A stretch of 64,000 bases of DNA, from NCBI GenBank assembly GCA_046351325.1, contig JAXLYR010000002.1, positions 688,334 to 752,333 on the forward strand. The letters run 5' to 3'. Each line of letters starts with the position of its first letter. The first letter of the stretch is position 1. The notes below the pieces were generated by a model. That model did not search any database. It was given only the letters and a program-made list of their open reading frames with translations, and was not told where the DNA came from. Below are positions 1 through 8,490 of the stretch, in pieces. Source of the DNA: Polyangiaceae bacterium. GTDB lineage: Bacteria; Myxococcota_A; Polyangia; Polyangiales; Polyangiaceae. Position numbers and translations under genes: made by a program.

Positions 1-71
1 CCTGAAGGCACCTCGCTAGGCGTTGCACGCCACAGAGCTGCCACGACGCAGCTCTGCTCTATAAGAAGGTC

Positions 72-1028
72 GTGGTCTTCAGAAATCTCGATGGCACCTT
101 CGTCGACAAGGGCTTTTCGGAGGTCCTGAAATGGAAGCTGCGGCTGGCGGCTCCAGGCGAGGTTCGCGAGGAATTCCTCGAGCAAGTGCGTGGCGTGACG
201 TCGGCACCTCGGGTCGAGAACGACGGCTCCGCGCTCGCGAAGGCCGAGCGCTCCGCGCTCAGCTGGATTGGACACGCATCGTTCCTCGTCCAGCTCGGTG
301 GGTGCTCGATCCTCATCGATCCAATCTTCTCTACGAGGCTCTTTGCCGTCCGCAGACTCGTGGCGCCTGGGCTCAGTCGAGCCGCGTTGCCTCACGTCGA
401 CGCGCTCGTCATCACGCACAATCACCGCGATCATATGGACGCAGCCTCACTCGTCGACTTCGCGCGACGCGAGCGCCAACCCGTGATCATCGCGCCGAAG
501 GGACTGGGCGGTTGGTTCGCCGGCCGCGGCTTCAGCGACGTTCGCGAGCTCGGCTGGTGGGAGCACACCGATCTCGGCAGCAGCTCGGCGGGTGACGTCC
601 GCATCACGTTCGTACCCGCACAACATTGGTCGCAGCGCGGCGCGCTCGATCGCAACACGAGCTTGTGGGGTGGCTACGTGTTCGAGGACGGCACGCACCG
701 CGTCTATCACTCTGGCGATACCGCCTATTTCGAGGGCTTCGTCGACATTGGCAAGAAGCTCGGTCGACTGGATGCTGCCATGTTACCGATTGGAGCTTAC
801 GAGCCGCGTTGGTTCATGCGCCCACAGCACATGAACCCGGAGGACGCTGTCCAAGCCTTCTTGGATTTGGGCGCTACGAAATTCGTAGCAATGCACTGGG
901 GCACCTTTCGATTGACCGACGAGCCCATCGGCGAGCCACCTGTCTTCACGCGGGCAGAGTTCGAGCGCGTCCGGCTCGAGCTCGAGCGGCTCGCGATCCC
1001 CGCGGTGGGCGAGACGCTCGCGCTCTGA
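72..1028 (+). CDS. Metallo-beta-lactamase-fold Zn-dependent hydrolase (NAPE-PLD-like)
   Basis: 318-aa ORF with the HNHRDHMD His-cluster motif typical of the MBL fold; further His/Asp ligands downstream (HWSQRG, HSGD). The GTG start at 72 is uncertain. Confidence 0.65.
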   Translation: MVFRNLDGTFVDKGFSEVLKWKLRLAAPGEVREEFLEQVRGVTSAPRVENDGSALAKAERSALSWIGHASFLVQLGGCSILIDPIFSTRLFAVRRLVAPGLSRAALPHVDALVITHNHRDHMDAASLVDFARRERQPVIIAPKGLGGWFAGRGFSDVRELGWWEHTDLGSSSAGDVRITFVPAQHWSQRGALDRNTSLWGGYVFEDGTHRVYHSGDTAYFEGFVDIGKKLGRLDAAMLPIGAYEPRWFMRPQHMNPEDAVQAFLDLGATKFVAMHWGTFRLTDEPIGEPPVFTRAEFERVRLELERLAIPAVGETLAL

Positions 1029-1064
1029 GCTCACTCGCGCTTTACCCGCTACTCCGATGTCCTT

Positions 1065-2537
1065 ATGGCCGAGACGAACGAGCATGACGGCGCGTGGGTG
1101 CCTCACCTCATCGGTGAGATCGAACGGATCTCGAACGCCGTACTCGAGCGCGAGGCCGTGGGCTTCATGGGTTCGAGCTACCGCGTTTGGATCGCCGGAG
1201 AGCTGGGCCAGGTCGTTCGCCAAATCTTGACCGGGCTGCGGATCGAGCGCGGTCCGCTTCGCGATGACGCCAATCGGGTGGCGCGCGACTTCGACGAGCG
1301 CAGCCTCGCTATTCAGCAGTCGCTCGACCGAACCAATCCGGCTCTTCTGCTACTTTACGCGGCCTTCGAGGCCCGCGCCGCAGCGCGCGCTTCGATTGGA
1401 TACGACGAGCCGCGGCTCACCGATCGTGGCGAGCTGGAGCTCACTCCGACGGGCGCGGTCAGCGCCCTCGTGCTGTTCGCAGTCATGCGGCTTCGGCACG
1501 TGGCCCGCGTGGTCCTCGAGGCGCACGTCAGTGCGTTTCAAGGACCGTTTCGACGTGCCGGCTCCGTCGATGAGTCGGTGGGCGAGCCCCAGCTTCAGCC
1601 ACCCAGACTGCAGGCTCAAATGCTCCAAGCGCTCTTCTTCACGACGGTCCTTGATGGCTGGCAGAACGCAGACGAGAAAGAGCGGGAGGGCAACCCGTTC
1701 TCGTTCCTGCGCCCACTAGAAGAGCCCCTCGTTTTGGAGGCTCGTCGTCGCGCGATGAAGGAGCTCGACCAGGCGAAATGGCGGGCCGTCTCCACTGCGC
1801 CCGGCGATCTCGTCGGCGGCGCCTATGCGCTCGAGGCCGTGCGCCGATTGTCCGCGCTCGCGGGAGCCGCGGCACCGTCCGACATTCGGGTCGCCATGGG
1901 CGCAGTGGACGAGCTCGCGAACGTTCTTTCGCAACGGACTGGCATCGTCGGCGAGGTCGACGACTTCCTGCTCGAGGCTTACGCGTCTGTCGAGGACAAC
2001 ACCGTGCCACGCTCAATCCTCGAGCGACTCAAGCGAGCACGCGATGAGGGCGGCTTGTCGAGGCGCGGCAACCTCGCAAACGCCTCCGCGCCGTGGGTTT
2101 CACTCTATTTCTTGGCGACGCTCGTCGCTCCACAATCTCGGCCACACGTCTCGTTCTTCTCCCGGTTCCGCCAAGAGTCCCCCGAGCACGTGCGCGCCCA
2201 GCGATGGCAAGCGCTCCGCACGTGGGTCGAGCAGCGGTTCAAGCCCACAAGCCGTGAGGACCACGAGACCGCGGCGTTCATCGTCCGCGCGATGGACGGC
2301 ACGGAAGCTGGGCTCTACTTCTCTCTATCCAGCCTTCGCGCGGTGATCGGCGCGCTCAGGGATGATCTATCGCTGGAGGCTCCAATCCGAACGGCGCTCA
2401 GCCCGACCGAGATTGTCGTGCTCGAGCTCGTCCTCACCGCTTGGTGCCCGCAGATCACGGCCGTCTACGGCGCTCTGCGCCAGCACGGCCAGATATTCTG
2501 GGACGAGATCCGCCGACAGCTCAGGCCGTCGGAGTGA
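1065..2537 (+). CDS. Hypothetical protein (no recognisable domain)
   Basis: 490-aa ORF 37 nt downstream of the MBL hydrolase on the same strand. High-GC codon usage fits a real gene. No motif recognised. Confidence 0.45.
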   Translation: MAETNEHDGAWVPHLIGEIERISNAVLEREAVGFMGSSYRVWIAGELGQVVRQILTGLRIERGPLRDDANRVARDFDERSLAIQQSLDRTNPALLLLYAAFEARAAARASIGYDEPRLTDRGELELTPTGAVSALVLFAVMRLRHVARVVLEAHVSAFQGPFRRAGSVDESVGEPQLQPPRLQAQMLQALFFTTVLDGWQNADEKEREGNPFSFLRPLEEPLVLEARRRAMKELDQAKWRAVSTAPGDLVGGAYALEAVRRLSALAGAAAPSDIRVAMGAVDELANVLSQRTGIVGEVDDFLLEAYASVEDNTVPRSILERLKRARDEGGLSRRGNLANASAPWVSLYFLATLVAPQSRPHVSFFSRFRQESPEHVRAQRWQALRTWVEQRFKPTSREDHETAAFIVRAMDGTEAGLYFSLSSLRAVIGALRDDLSLEAPIRTALSPTEIVVLELVLTAWCPQITAVYGALRQHGQIFWDEIRRQLRPSE

Positions 2538-2551
2538 GCCGACGCCAGCCC

Positions 2552-3346
2552 CTATTGCTGAGCGAGCTGATAGGTGTTCGAGAGATCGTCCTGGACGATG
2601 GTCGCCATCGAGTCGATGGCAGTTACAACAAGGTCAGCGTCGAGCACGCGGGATTGGTAGACCCAGTCCGCCGGCAGGCTCAGCTGAGTGTCGAGTGTGG
2701 CGAGGTCCCCCTCGGTGAGTGGGGCCTTCATCGTCGTGTACGACTGCATGACGAACACCTGGCCGCCTGGGTCGCGCAGCTCGTAGACCGAGGTGCCGGC
2801 GAGGTACACCCAAGACGTCGTCCTCGCGACGGTGCGCGTCACGTAGGGCATCTCGCCGCCCGAGACCTCGGAGAGCGGGACTACCAACGTGCCCGCGAGG
2901 CGCATATCCAGGTCCCCGAAGGTATGGATAGTAGGGTCCGCGACCATGCTGTTTACGAACTTGTCCATGAGCCAATAGCGCGGCCCATTGAGGATGATCG
3001 CGTCGGCCATCTCGGATTGTTTGATGGCGTTCGCGTCGAGCGCGTCCCACGCGGCCTGGGGGCAGTCGTTGAGGAGATAGGTGTTGTAGACGTCGACCGC
3101 TACGTCGCTGCCCGCGAGGTTCCCGACGAGCACCTCACAATAGCGGTCGCCGCGCACGTCCTCGACGACGGGAGCGCCGCCACCACCACCCGAGCCGCCC
3201 GGAGCCTCGCCGCCACCGACGCCCCCGGTCGCTGCCGCGCCCGAACCGCCGGCCCCGCCCGAACCGCCGCTGCCGTCATCACCACAAGCGACCGCAGCGA
3301 GAGCCCAAATCAACGATAAGGAGGCAGCCAAACGGCGAACGAGCAT
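2552..3346 (-). CDS. Secreted lipoprotein with Gly-rich linker
   Basis: Internal Met MLVRRLAASLSLIWALAAVACGDDG gives a signal peptide plus lipobox Cys, followed by a GGSGG-rich low-complexity linker. Start moved from 3439 to the Met at 3346. Confidence 0.5.
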   Translation of the reverse strand: MLVRRLAASLSLIWALAAVACGDDGSGGSGGAGGSGAAATGGVGGGEAPGGSGGGGGAPVVEDVRGDRYCEVLVGNLAGSDVAVDVYNTYLLNDCPQAAWDALDANAIKQSEMADAIILNGPRYWLMDKFVNSMVADPTIHTFGDLDMRLAGTLVVPLSEVSGGEMPYVTRTVARTTSWVYLAGTSVYELRDPGGQVFVMQSYTTMKAPLTEGDLATLDTQLSLPADWVYQSRVLDADLVVTAIDSMATIVQDDLSNTYQLAQQ

Positions 3347-3381
3347 GGGTGCAGCATAGCGCCTCGGAGCGGGCGCAGGCC

Positions 3382-4011
3382 TCACCAGTTCGCGCGGCCC
3401 GCGGCAATATCGGCATATTCGGGGCGCACCCTGAACCAACCGGCATATGCGGTCTTCGGCTCTTCGCCTTCGATGTCCGAAATACGATGTTCGAGCCCGT
3501 GGGAGAGCCGAAATAGGACCGCGTCTCCCAAGCCGAGATTGGGGACCTCCGCGAGGAGCTCGGTCTCGCCGGCGCGCCGAATCCGGAGCACGCCACCTCG
3601 ATAAGGGTGCTCACTCAGGTTGACCGACACGGCAACCATGCGGCCAGCGACCATGTCCGTGTGCCAGCCGTCGCCGTGGCCGCGCCCAGGAACGATGCGA
3701 TAGATGCGCCCTTGAAAGCAGCCGAACGGGCCCGCGCCGGTGAGCTCGTCGGCGAAGCGCCGCGTGGACTCGTCGTTCATCATCCGCTCGAGTCGCTCGA
3801 GCAGGGGGCTCGCTGCCAGGCAGACCTCGCTGCCGAATTGCCCGTGGCTGCGAGGCTCGAACGTGCCAGTGGCCAGGCCGTCGAGCACCGCGCTGACGAG
3901 CTCCGAGCCGAAGAAGCCGGGCAGCTTGACCCAACCCTGCGCCTGGTAAGCGGCGCGGGCCGCGTCCAAATCCCAGCCCGTCGGCAGCGACGGCATGTGC
4001 ATGGCTCTCAT
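3382..4011 (-). CDS. 2OG-Fe(II) oxygenase superfamily protein (PhyH-like)
   Basis: 209 aa. Putative HxD (GWHTDMVAG) and a distal His (SHGLEH) match the 2-His-1-carboxylate facial triad spacing. Confidence 0.45.
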   Translation of the reverse strand: MRAMHMPSLPTGWDLDAARAAYQAQGWVKLPGFFGSELVSAVLDGLATGTFEPRSHGQFGSEVCLAASPLLERLERMMNDESTRRFADELTGAGPFGCFQGRIYRIVPGRGHGDGWHTDMVAGRMVAVSVNLSEHPYRGGVLRIRRAGETELLAEVPNLGLGDAVLFRLSHGLEHRISDIEGEEPKTAYAGWFRVRPEYADIAAGRANW

Positions 4012-4153
4012 GCGGAATACCTAGCGGGTGAAGTCCGCTCTGGAAATCACGCGATGCGACCCTAACGAGCTTTTGGGTGGGTTCGACGGCGCTCCGTGAG
4101 GCAGCGCGGCGAGCTCGCGCGCTCGGGGGAGCGCGTCTTCGAGGGAGGTCGGG

Positions 4154-5521
4154 GTGACCCCTACGGATTGGGAACTTCACATCGACGTGGGGCCGCTCGC
4201 AGAGCTCGCCGTGGGCGCGCGCGGGCTCTTGCGGTTTCGGTTGGAGAACTACTCCACCACGACGGTCGCGCGGGCGGAGCTCCGCTGTCGCCTCGCCGAG
4301 GTCGAGCTCGCCGCCGCGACCGACGGAGAGCTCACGGGCGCGCAGGCCTTCGTGCTGACAATGTTGTTCGTTCCCCGCGTCGCCGGCTACGCCGAGCTCG
4401 CGGGTCGGCTCAGCATCATGGACGAGGCAGGCGTGTTGCACGAGCTCGACCTCGAGCCGCTCCAGCTCCTCGTCCGGAGCGGCGCGGCGCCTGTCTATCA
4501 GTTCGTGCATGTCGACCAGCGGAGCGCGCGCGTCGTCGACAACAGCCACGGCCAGTTCGGGGGCAGCGGCGGCGTGGGCACGCGCCTGCTCGGCGAGCGC
4601 TCGGAGGGCATGTGGCGACGGGTCGAGCTCCTCGCTCGGCCGACCTCTCGCGCGATTGACAATTCTGTAACCGAAGCGCCCTTCGCCGCGTTTCGCGTGG
4701 AGACCGGCGGGGCCAGCTATTCGATGCGGTCGGTCCTCGCGCGCGGCGACCTCGCGACCGTCTTCGCCGGTGAGGAGAACGGCGCGGGCCGGCAGATCGT
4801 GGCGAAGATCGCCGACGACCCCGCGGACAGCGACCTCCTCGAGGTCGAGGCGCGCGTCCTCTCTCGGCTCCGCGCGGCGCCGAGCAAACAAGCGAAGCAC
4901 CTGCCGATGCTGTTGGATCGCTTCCGGACCGCGGACGGTCGCTTCGGCACGATCTTCGAGCGGCTCGATGGGCTCGACCTCGTGACGCTGCGCGAGCGCC
5001 TCGGTGGGGCAGTCCCAGGTCGCCACCTGCTCTGGATCCTACGCCGGGCGCTCAGCGTGCTCGGCTGGGCGCACCACGCGGGCGTGGTGCACGGCAACGT
5101 CGAGCCGGCGCACCTCGTCGTGCGCCCGCGAGACCACAATGTCTGGCTGGTCGATTGGTGCTGGAGCGTCGTCGAGCCGGCGCGTACGGGCGAGGGTTTT
5201 CGCTGCGCGAACGAGGTCTACGGCCCGCCCGAGGCCCGCGAAGGCGGCCCCCCGCTGCCTGCGTCCGACCTCTACGCGCTCGGCAAGACGCTGGTCTATG
5301 CGGCAGGCGGCGACCCGGTGAACAAGACTGTAAGTGATGAGGTCGACCCGCGCATCGGGCGCTTCTTGCGGTTCCTCTGCCAAGAGAGCCAAGCCGGCCG
5401 GCCGCAGGACGCCTGGGAGCTCTACCGGCAAGTCGACCATTTGCGCCGCGAGGTCTTCGGGCCTCACACGTTCGTCGAGCTCGAGGTCCCAGCCGTGGGG
5501 GAGGGGCCTGCGAGTCGATAA
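4154..5521 (+). CDS. Protein-kinase-like pseudokinase with N-terminal domain of unknown function
   Basis: GTG start 5 nt after GAGGGAGG. Kinase subdomains are recognisable (VAKI beta3 Lys, hinge FERLDG), but HRD is replaced by VHGNVEPAH and DFG by DWC, so the catalytic Asp and Mg-binding Asp are absent. Confidence 0.6.
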   Translation: MTPTDWELHIDVGPLAELAVGARGLLRFRLENYSTTTVARAELRCRLAEVELAAATDGELTGAQAFVLTMLFVPRVAGYAELAGRLSIMDEAGVLHELDLEPLQLLVRSGAAPVYQFVHVDQRSARVVDNSHGQFGGSGGVGTRLLGERSEGMWRRVELLARPTSRAIDNSVTEAPFAAFRVETGGASYSMRSVLARGDLATVFAGEENGAGRQIVAKIADDPADSDLLEVEARVLSRLRAAPSKQAKHLPMLLDRFRTADGRFGTIFERLDGLDLVTLRERLGGAVPGRHLLWILRRALSVLGWAHHAGVVHGNVEPAHLVVRPRDHNVWLVDWCWSVVEPARTGEGFRCANEVYGPPEAREGGPPLPASDLYALGKTLVYAAGGDPVNKTVSDEVDPRIGRFLRFLCQESQAGRPQDAWELYRQVDHLRREVFGPHTFVELEVPAVGEGPASR

Positions 5522-5587
5522 GCAGTGGATTGGAAATTCGTGGATTGGAAGTCCGTGAATCGGATGTTCGAGATAGGAGCGTAAAAA

Positions 5588-7057
5588 ATGGGTGGGGGAA
5601 TCTACAGTCAAGACGTCGCGACCGATTATCGCGCGACGCATCCGTCGGCTTTTGCGTCTGCGACGGTGCACGGCCCGGGCGAGCCCGCGCGGCGCACGCT
5701 GCACCTCGCGCTCGACCCGTTCGGCAAGCGCCGCGAGGTGAACAACGAGACGCCGATCGTCGTGGCGCTCGACGTCACGCGGTCGCGCGGCGACGACACG
5801 AAGCTCATGTACGAGAAGCTGCCGATGCTGATGGGGCAGATCGAGCTTCGGGGCTACGTGCCGAACCCGGGGATCAGCTTCGCCGCCATCGGCGACGCCA
5901 AGAGCGACGCGGCTCCCTTACAGGTTGGTCAGTTCGAGGCGGACAATCGGCTCGACGAGGTGCTGAGCCGCATCTGGATCGAAGAGGGCGGGGGCGGGAC
6001 TGGGCAGGAGTCTTACGAGCTCTGCGCCTATTTCTACAGCCGGACGAACTGCGTCCGCCTCGCGCAGGGAATTGGCAAGAAGGGCTACTTCTTCTTCGTC
6101 GGGGACGAGGGCTTCTATCCCGAGGTCTCTCGGGCAGAGGTGAGGCGCGTCATCGGCGACGAGCTCGAGGCCGACCTCGACTCGGCCGAGGTGTTCCGCC
6201 GCCTGAAGGAGAAGTTCCATGTCTTCTTCCTCTATCCCGAGAAGCCGATGGCCGAGCGCCGGCGCGACATCGACGCCGAGATCAAGCAGCGCGTCGAGGC
6301 TGCGGGTGGTCAATACGCCAACGTGGACATTCGTGCGTCGCTCCTCTGGAACAGCTGCCACGACCTCGACCTCCACGTGGTGCCGCCCTCGGGTGAGGAG
6401 ATCTTCTACGCGCACAAGCGCTCGGCCTGCGGAGGCTGGCTCGACGTGGACATGAACGTGCGCGGCGAGACGACGAAGCCTGTCGAGAACGTTCGCTGGG
6501 CGAAGGGTACGGCGCCGGCTGGTCGCTATCGGATCTACGTGCGGAACTACTCCTATCGCGACGACTCGCGCGGCCCCATCGACTTCCGGATGGAGGTCGA
6601 GCTCGGCGGTCGACTCGAGCATTTCGAGGGGACGATCTCGCCCCACTCGGAGACTGGGCCGAAGAGCGATGTACGCGTCTACGAGTTCGACTTCGACCCG
6701 GCGATGGTCGCGCGCTCCGTCGAAGGGGCGCCCGAGGATCGCTACGCGCGCTACTCCGACAGCGTGGTCCTCGCGGAGTGGGCTCGTGTCATCGGGCGCG
6801 AGCACATCCTGCAGGTGAGCGATCCGCGGTCGATCGTCGACGTGCTCCTGGGCGCGCTCGCGATCGTCGAGGGCACCGCGACGCTCGACGCCTACGCGAA
6901 GGATCTCGCCACGCGCGGCTCGACCGAAGCGCGCGTGAAGCAGGTGCGGCGCGCGCTCGAGCGGCTCACACCGGTGGAGAGGACCGCGCTCGCGAGCGTC
7001 GCGATCCCAGCGCCTGCCCCGCCGCGTCGCGAGGGCCGCACGCTGCGCCTCCGCTGA
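5588..7057 (+). CDS. von Willebrand factor A (vWA) domain protein with C-terminal beta-sandwich domain
   Basis: MIDAS-like DxTxS (ALDVTRS) at the N-terminus. C-terminal conserved block SLLWNSCHDLDLHVVPPSGEEIFY...GGWLDVDMN...PVENVRW. Good RBS (GATAGGAGC) 8 nt before the ATG. Confidence 0.6.
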   Translation: MGGGIYSQDVATDYRATHPSAFASATVHGPGEPARRTLHLALDPFGKRREVNNETPIVVALDVTRSRGDDTKLMYEKLPMLMGQIELRGYVPNPGISFAAIGDAKSDAAPLQVGQFEADNRLDEVLSRIWIEEGGGGTGQESYELCAYFYSRTNCVRLAQGIGKKGYFFFVGDEGFYPEVSRAEVRRVIGDELEADLDSAEVFRRLKEKFHVFFLYPEKPMAERRRDIDAEIKQRVEAAGGQYANVDIRASLLWNSCHDLDLHVVPPSGEEIFYAHKRSACGGWLDVDMNVRGETTKPVENVRWAKGTAPAGRYRIYVRNYSYRDDSRGPIDFRMEVELGGRLEHFEGTISPHSETGPKSDVRVYEFDFDPAMVARSVEGAPEDRYARYSDSVVLAEWARVIGREHILQVSDPRSIVDVLLGALAIVEGTATLDAYAKDLATRGSTEARVKQVRRALERLTPVERTALASVAIPAPAPPRREGRTLRLR

Positions 7058-7088
7058 GGCTCCCAGAAAGCAGGGGCGGGCTTGCCAA

Positions 7089-7111
7089 CTGTACTATGTG
7101 TGTTAGTACAG
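7089..7111. promoter_or_regulatory. Perfect 8-bp inverted repeat CTGTACTA-N7-TAGTACAG; candidate GntR operator
   Basis: Seen directly, 7 nt upstream of the GntR ATG (7119). The GT..AC core fits the GntR-family operator consensus, and the position overlaps the RBS/promoter. Confidence 0.4.
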
Positions 7112-7118
7112 ATAGGAC

Positions 7119-7538
7119 ATGGCGCTACGACTCCAGATCGTCACGGCCAGCACGACGCCGATCTATCGCCAAATCGTGGAGCAGGTGCGCGCGGCCATCG
7201 CGCGCGGCACGCTCGCGACCGGCGAGCCCCTCCCCAGCGTGCGCGCGCTCGCCGAGGAGCTCGTCGTCAACATGAACACCGTCGCGAAGGCCTACGGTGA
7301 GCTCGTGCGGAGCGGCGACGTCGTCTCCGAGCCTGGTCGCGGCGTCTTCGTGACGGGTCGCCCTCACGCAGTCCCCGCCGCCGAGCGCAGGCGCAAGCTC
7401 GCGCTCGCGATGGACCGCCTCATCGCGGAGGCCGTGCACCTCGGGTTGAGTCGTCGCGAGCTCGTCGCGGCGCTCGCCGAGCACTGCGAGCGCGTGGGCC
7501 TGCCCCCCGACGGCCCGACGGAGCGGCGCCATGCGTGA
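7119..7538 (+). CDS. GntR-family transcriptional regulator (winged HTH only, short)
   Basis: PSVRALAEELVVNMNTVAKAYGELVRSG HTH signature. Overlaps the downstream ABC ATPase start by 8 nt. Confidence 0.8.
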   Translation: MALRLQIVTASTTPIYRQIVEQVRAAIARGTLATGEPLPSVRALAEELVVNMNTVAKAYGELVRSGDVVSEPGRGVFVTGRPHAVPAAERRRKLALAMDRLIAEAVHLGLSRRELVAALAEHCERVGLPPDGPTERRHA

Positions 7539-8490
7539 GCCCAAACCTGTCACGCTGCCGTCGTATCGGGGCGCGAGCGACGACGCCGTCGAGGCCGAGG
7601 GGCTGAGCCTCTCGTACGGCGGGCGACCGATCCTCCACGCTGTCTCGCTCCGCGCGCGACCGGGGCGAATCTCGGCGATTTTGGGGCCGAACGGCGCGGG
7701 CAAGTCGACGCTCTTCCGCGCGCTGCTCGGGCTCGAGTCCGTGTCGTCGGGGAGCGCGCGCTTGCTCGGCAGGGACAGCCGAGAGCTCGGCCCGCGAGAG
7801 CTCTCGCGGATCGCGTTCGTCCCCGAGACCCACGTCGAGGAGCCGCGCGCGCGCATTCGTGAGCTCGTCGAGCTGCGCTCCGCGCTCTACCCCCAATTCG
7901 ATCGAGACATGTTCGCCGAGCTCGCCGCGACCTTCGGCTTGCGTCGTGAGGCTCGGATCCGCGAGCTCTCGCGCGGGCAGCGCGCGGGCGTCGTGGTCTC
8001 GCTCGCGCTCGCGCAGGACCCCGAGCTCCTGCTCCTCGACGATCCGACGCTCGGGCTCGATCCCGTCGCGAGGCGCCTCGTGATCGACGCGCTCCTCGGC
8101 TACGCCCGCGACAAGGCCGGCGCGCTGGTGTTCGCCTCGCACGACCTCGGTGACGTCGAGCGCATCGCGGACGACGTCGTGGTCCTCAGCGAGGGCTCGG
8201 TGCGCGCCGCCGGGCAGCTCAGCGACATCGTCGATCGCGCCTGCGCCGTGACGGTCGCCGCGACCACCTCGCGCGTGCGCCTCACCGCGATCGCCGGCGT
8301 GCTGCGCGTCGAGCCCCGCCGCGACGCGCTCCACGTGGTCGTCTACGGCGAGCGTGAGACGCGGCGCGACGCCCTCGCCAGGATCGAACGCGAGAGCGGC
8401 GGGCTCCTCGGTGAGCCGGCTCCGCTCTCGTTCGAGGACTGCGCCCTGTCGCTGCTTCGACCGTCCTCTCACCTGGAGTCCCTGTCATGA
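7531..8490 (+). CDS. ABC transporter ATP-binding protein
   Basis: Walker A GPNGAGKST, ABC signature LSRGQRAGV, Walker B LLLLDDPT. Its stop overlaps the next start (ATGA). Confidence 0.85.
   Translation: MREPKPVTLPSYRGASDDAVEAEGLSLSYGGRPILHAVSLRARPGRISAILGPNGAGKSTLFRALLGLESVSSGSARLLGRDSRELGPRELSRIAFVPETHVEEPRARIRELVELRSALYPQFDRDMFAELAATFGLRREARIRELSRGQRAGVVVSLALAQDPELLLLDDPTLGLDPVARRLVIDALLGYARDKAGALVFASHDLGDVERIADDVVVLSEGSVRAAGQLSDIVDRACAVTVAATTSRVRLTAIAGVLRVEPRRDALHVVVYGERETRRDALARIERESGGLLGEPAPLSFEDCALSLLRPSSHLESLS

Noticed and set aside
3611-5026. 471-aa ORF on the minus strand
   Set aside because: Antisense to the pseudokinase gene. The translation is Arg/Ala/Pro-rich low-complexity sequence typical of out-of-frame reading of 70% GC DNA. 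No motifs. Comparable shadow ORFs were rejected at 7420..8472, 8469..9863, 12207..13856, 18057..19394, 18109..19749, 28689..31190, 50089..51390, 51415..52722, 53075..54271 and 60652..62724.
4154-7057. TerY-P-like (vWA, PP2C, kinase) triad hypothesis
   Set aside because: No PP2C phosphatase gene is present, and the kinase is predicted to be inactive. It is kept only as a looser pseudokinase-vWA pair.
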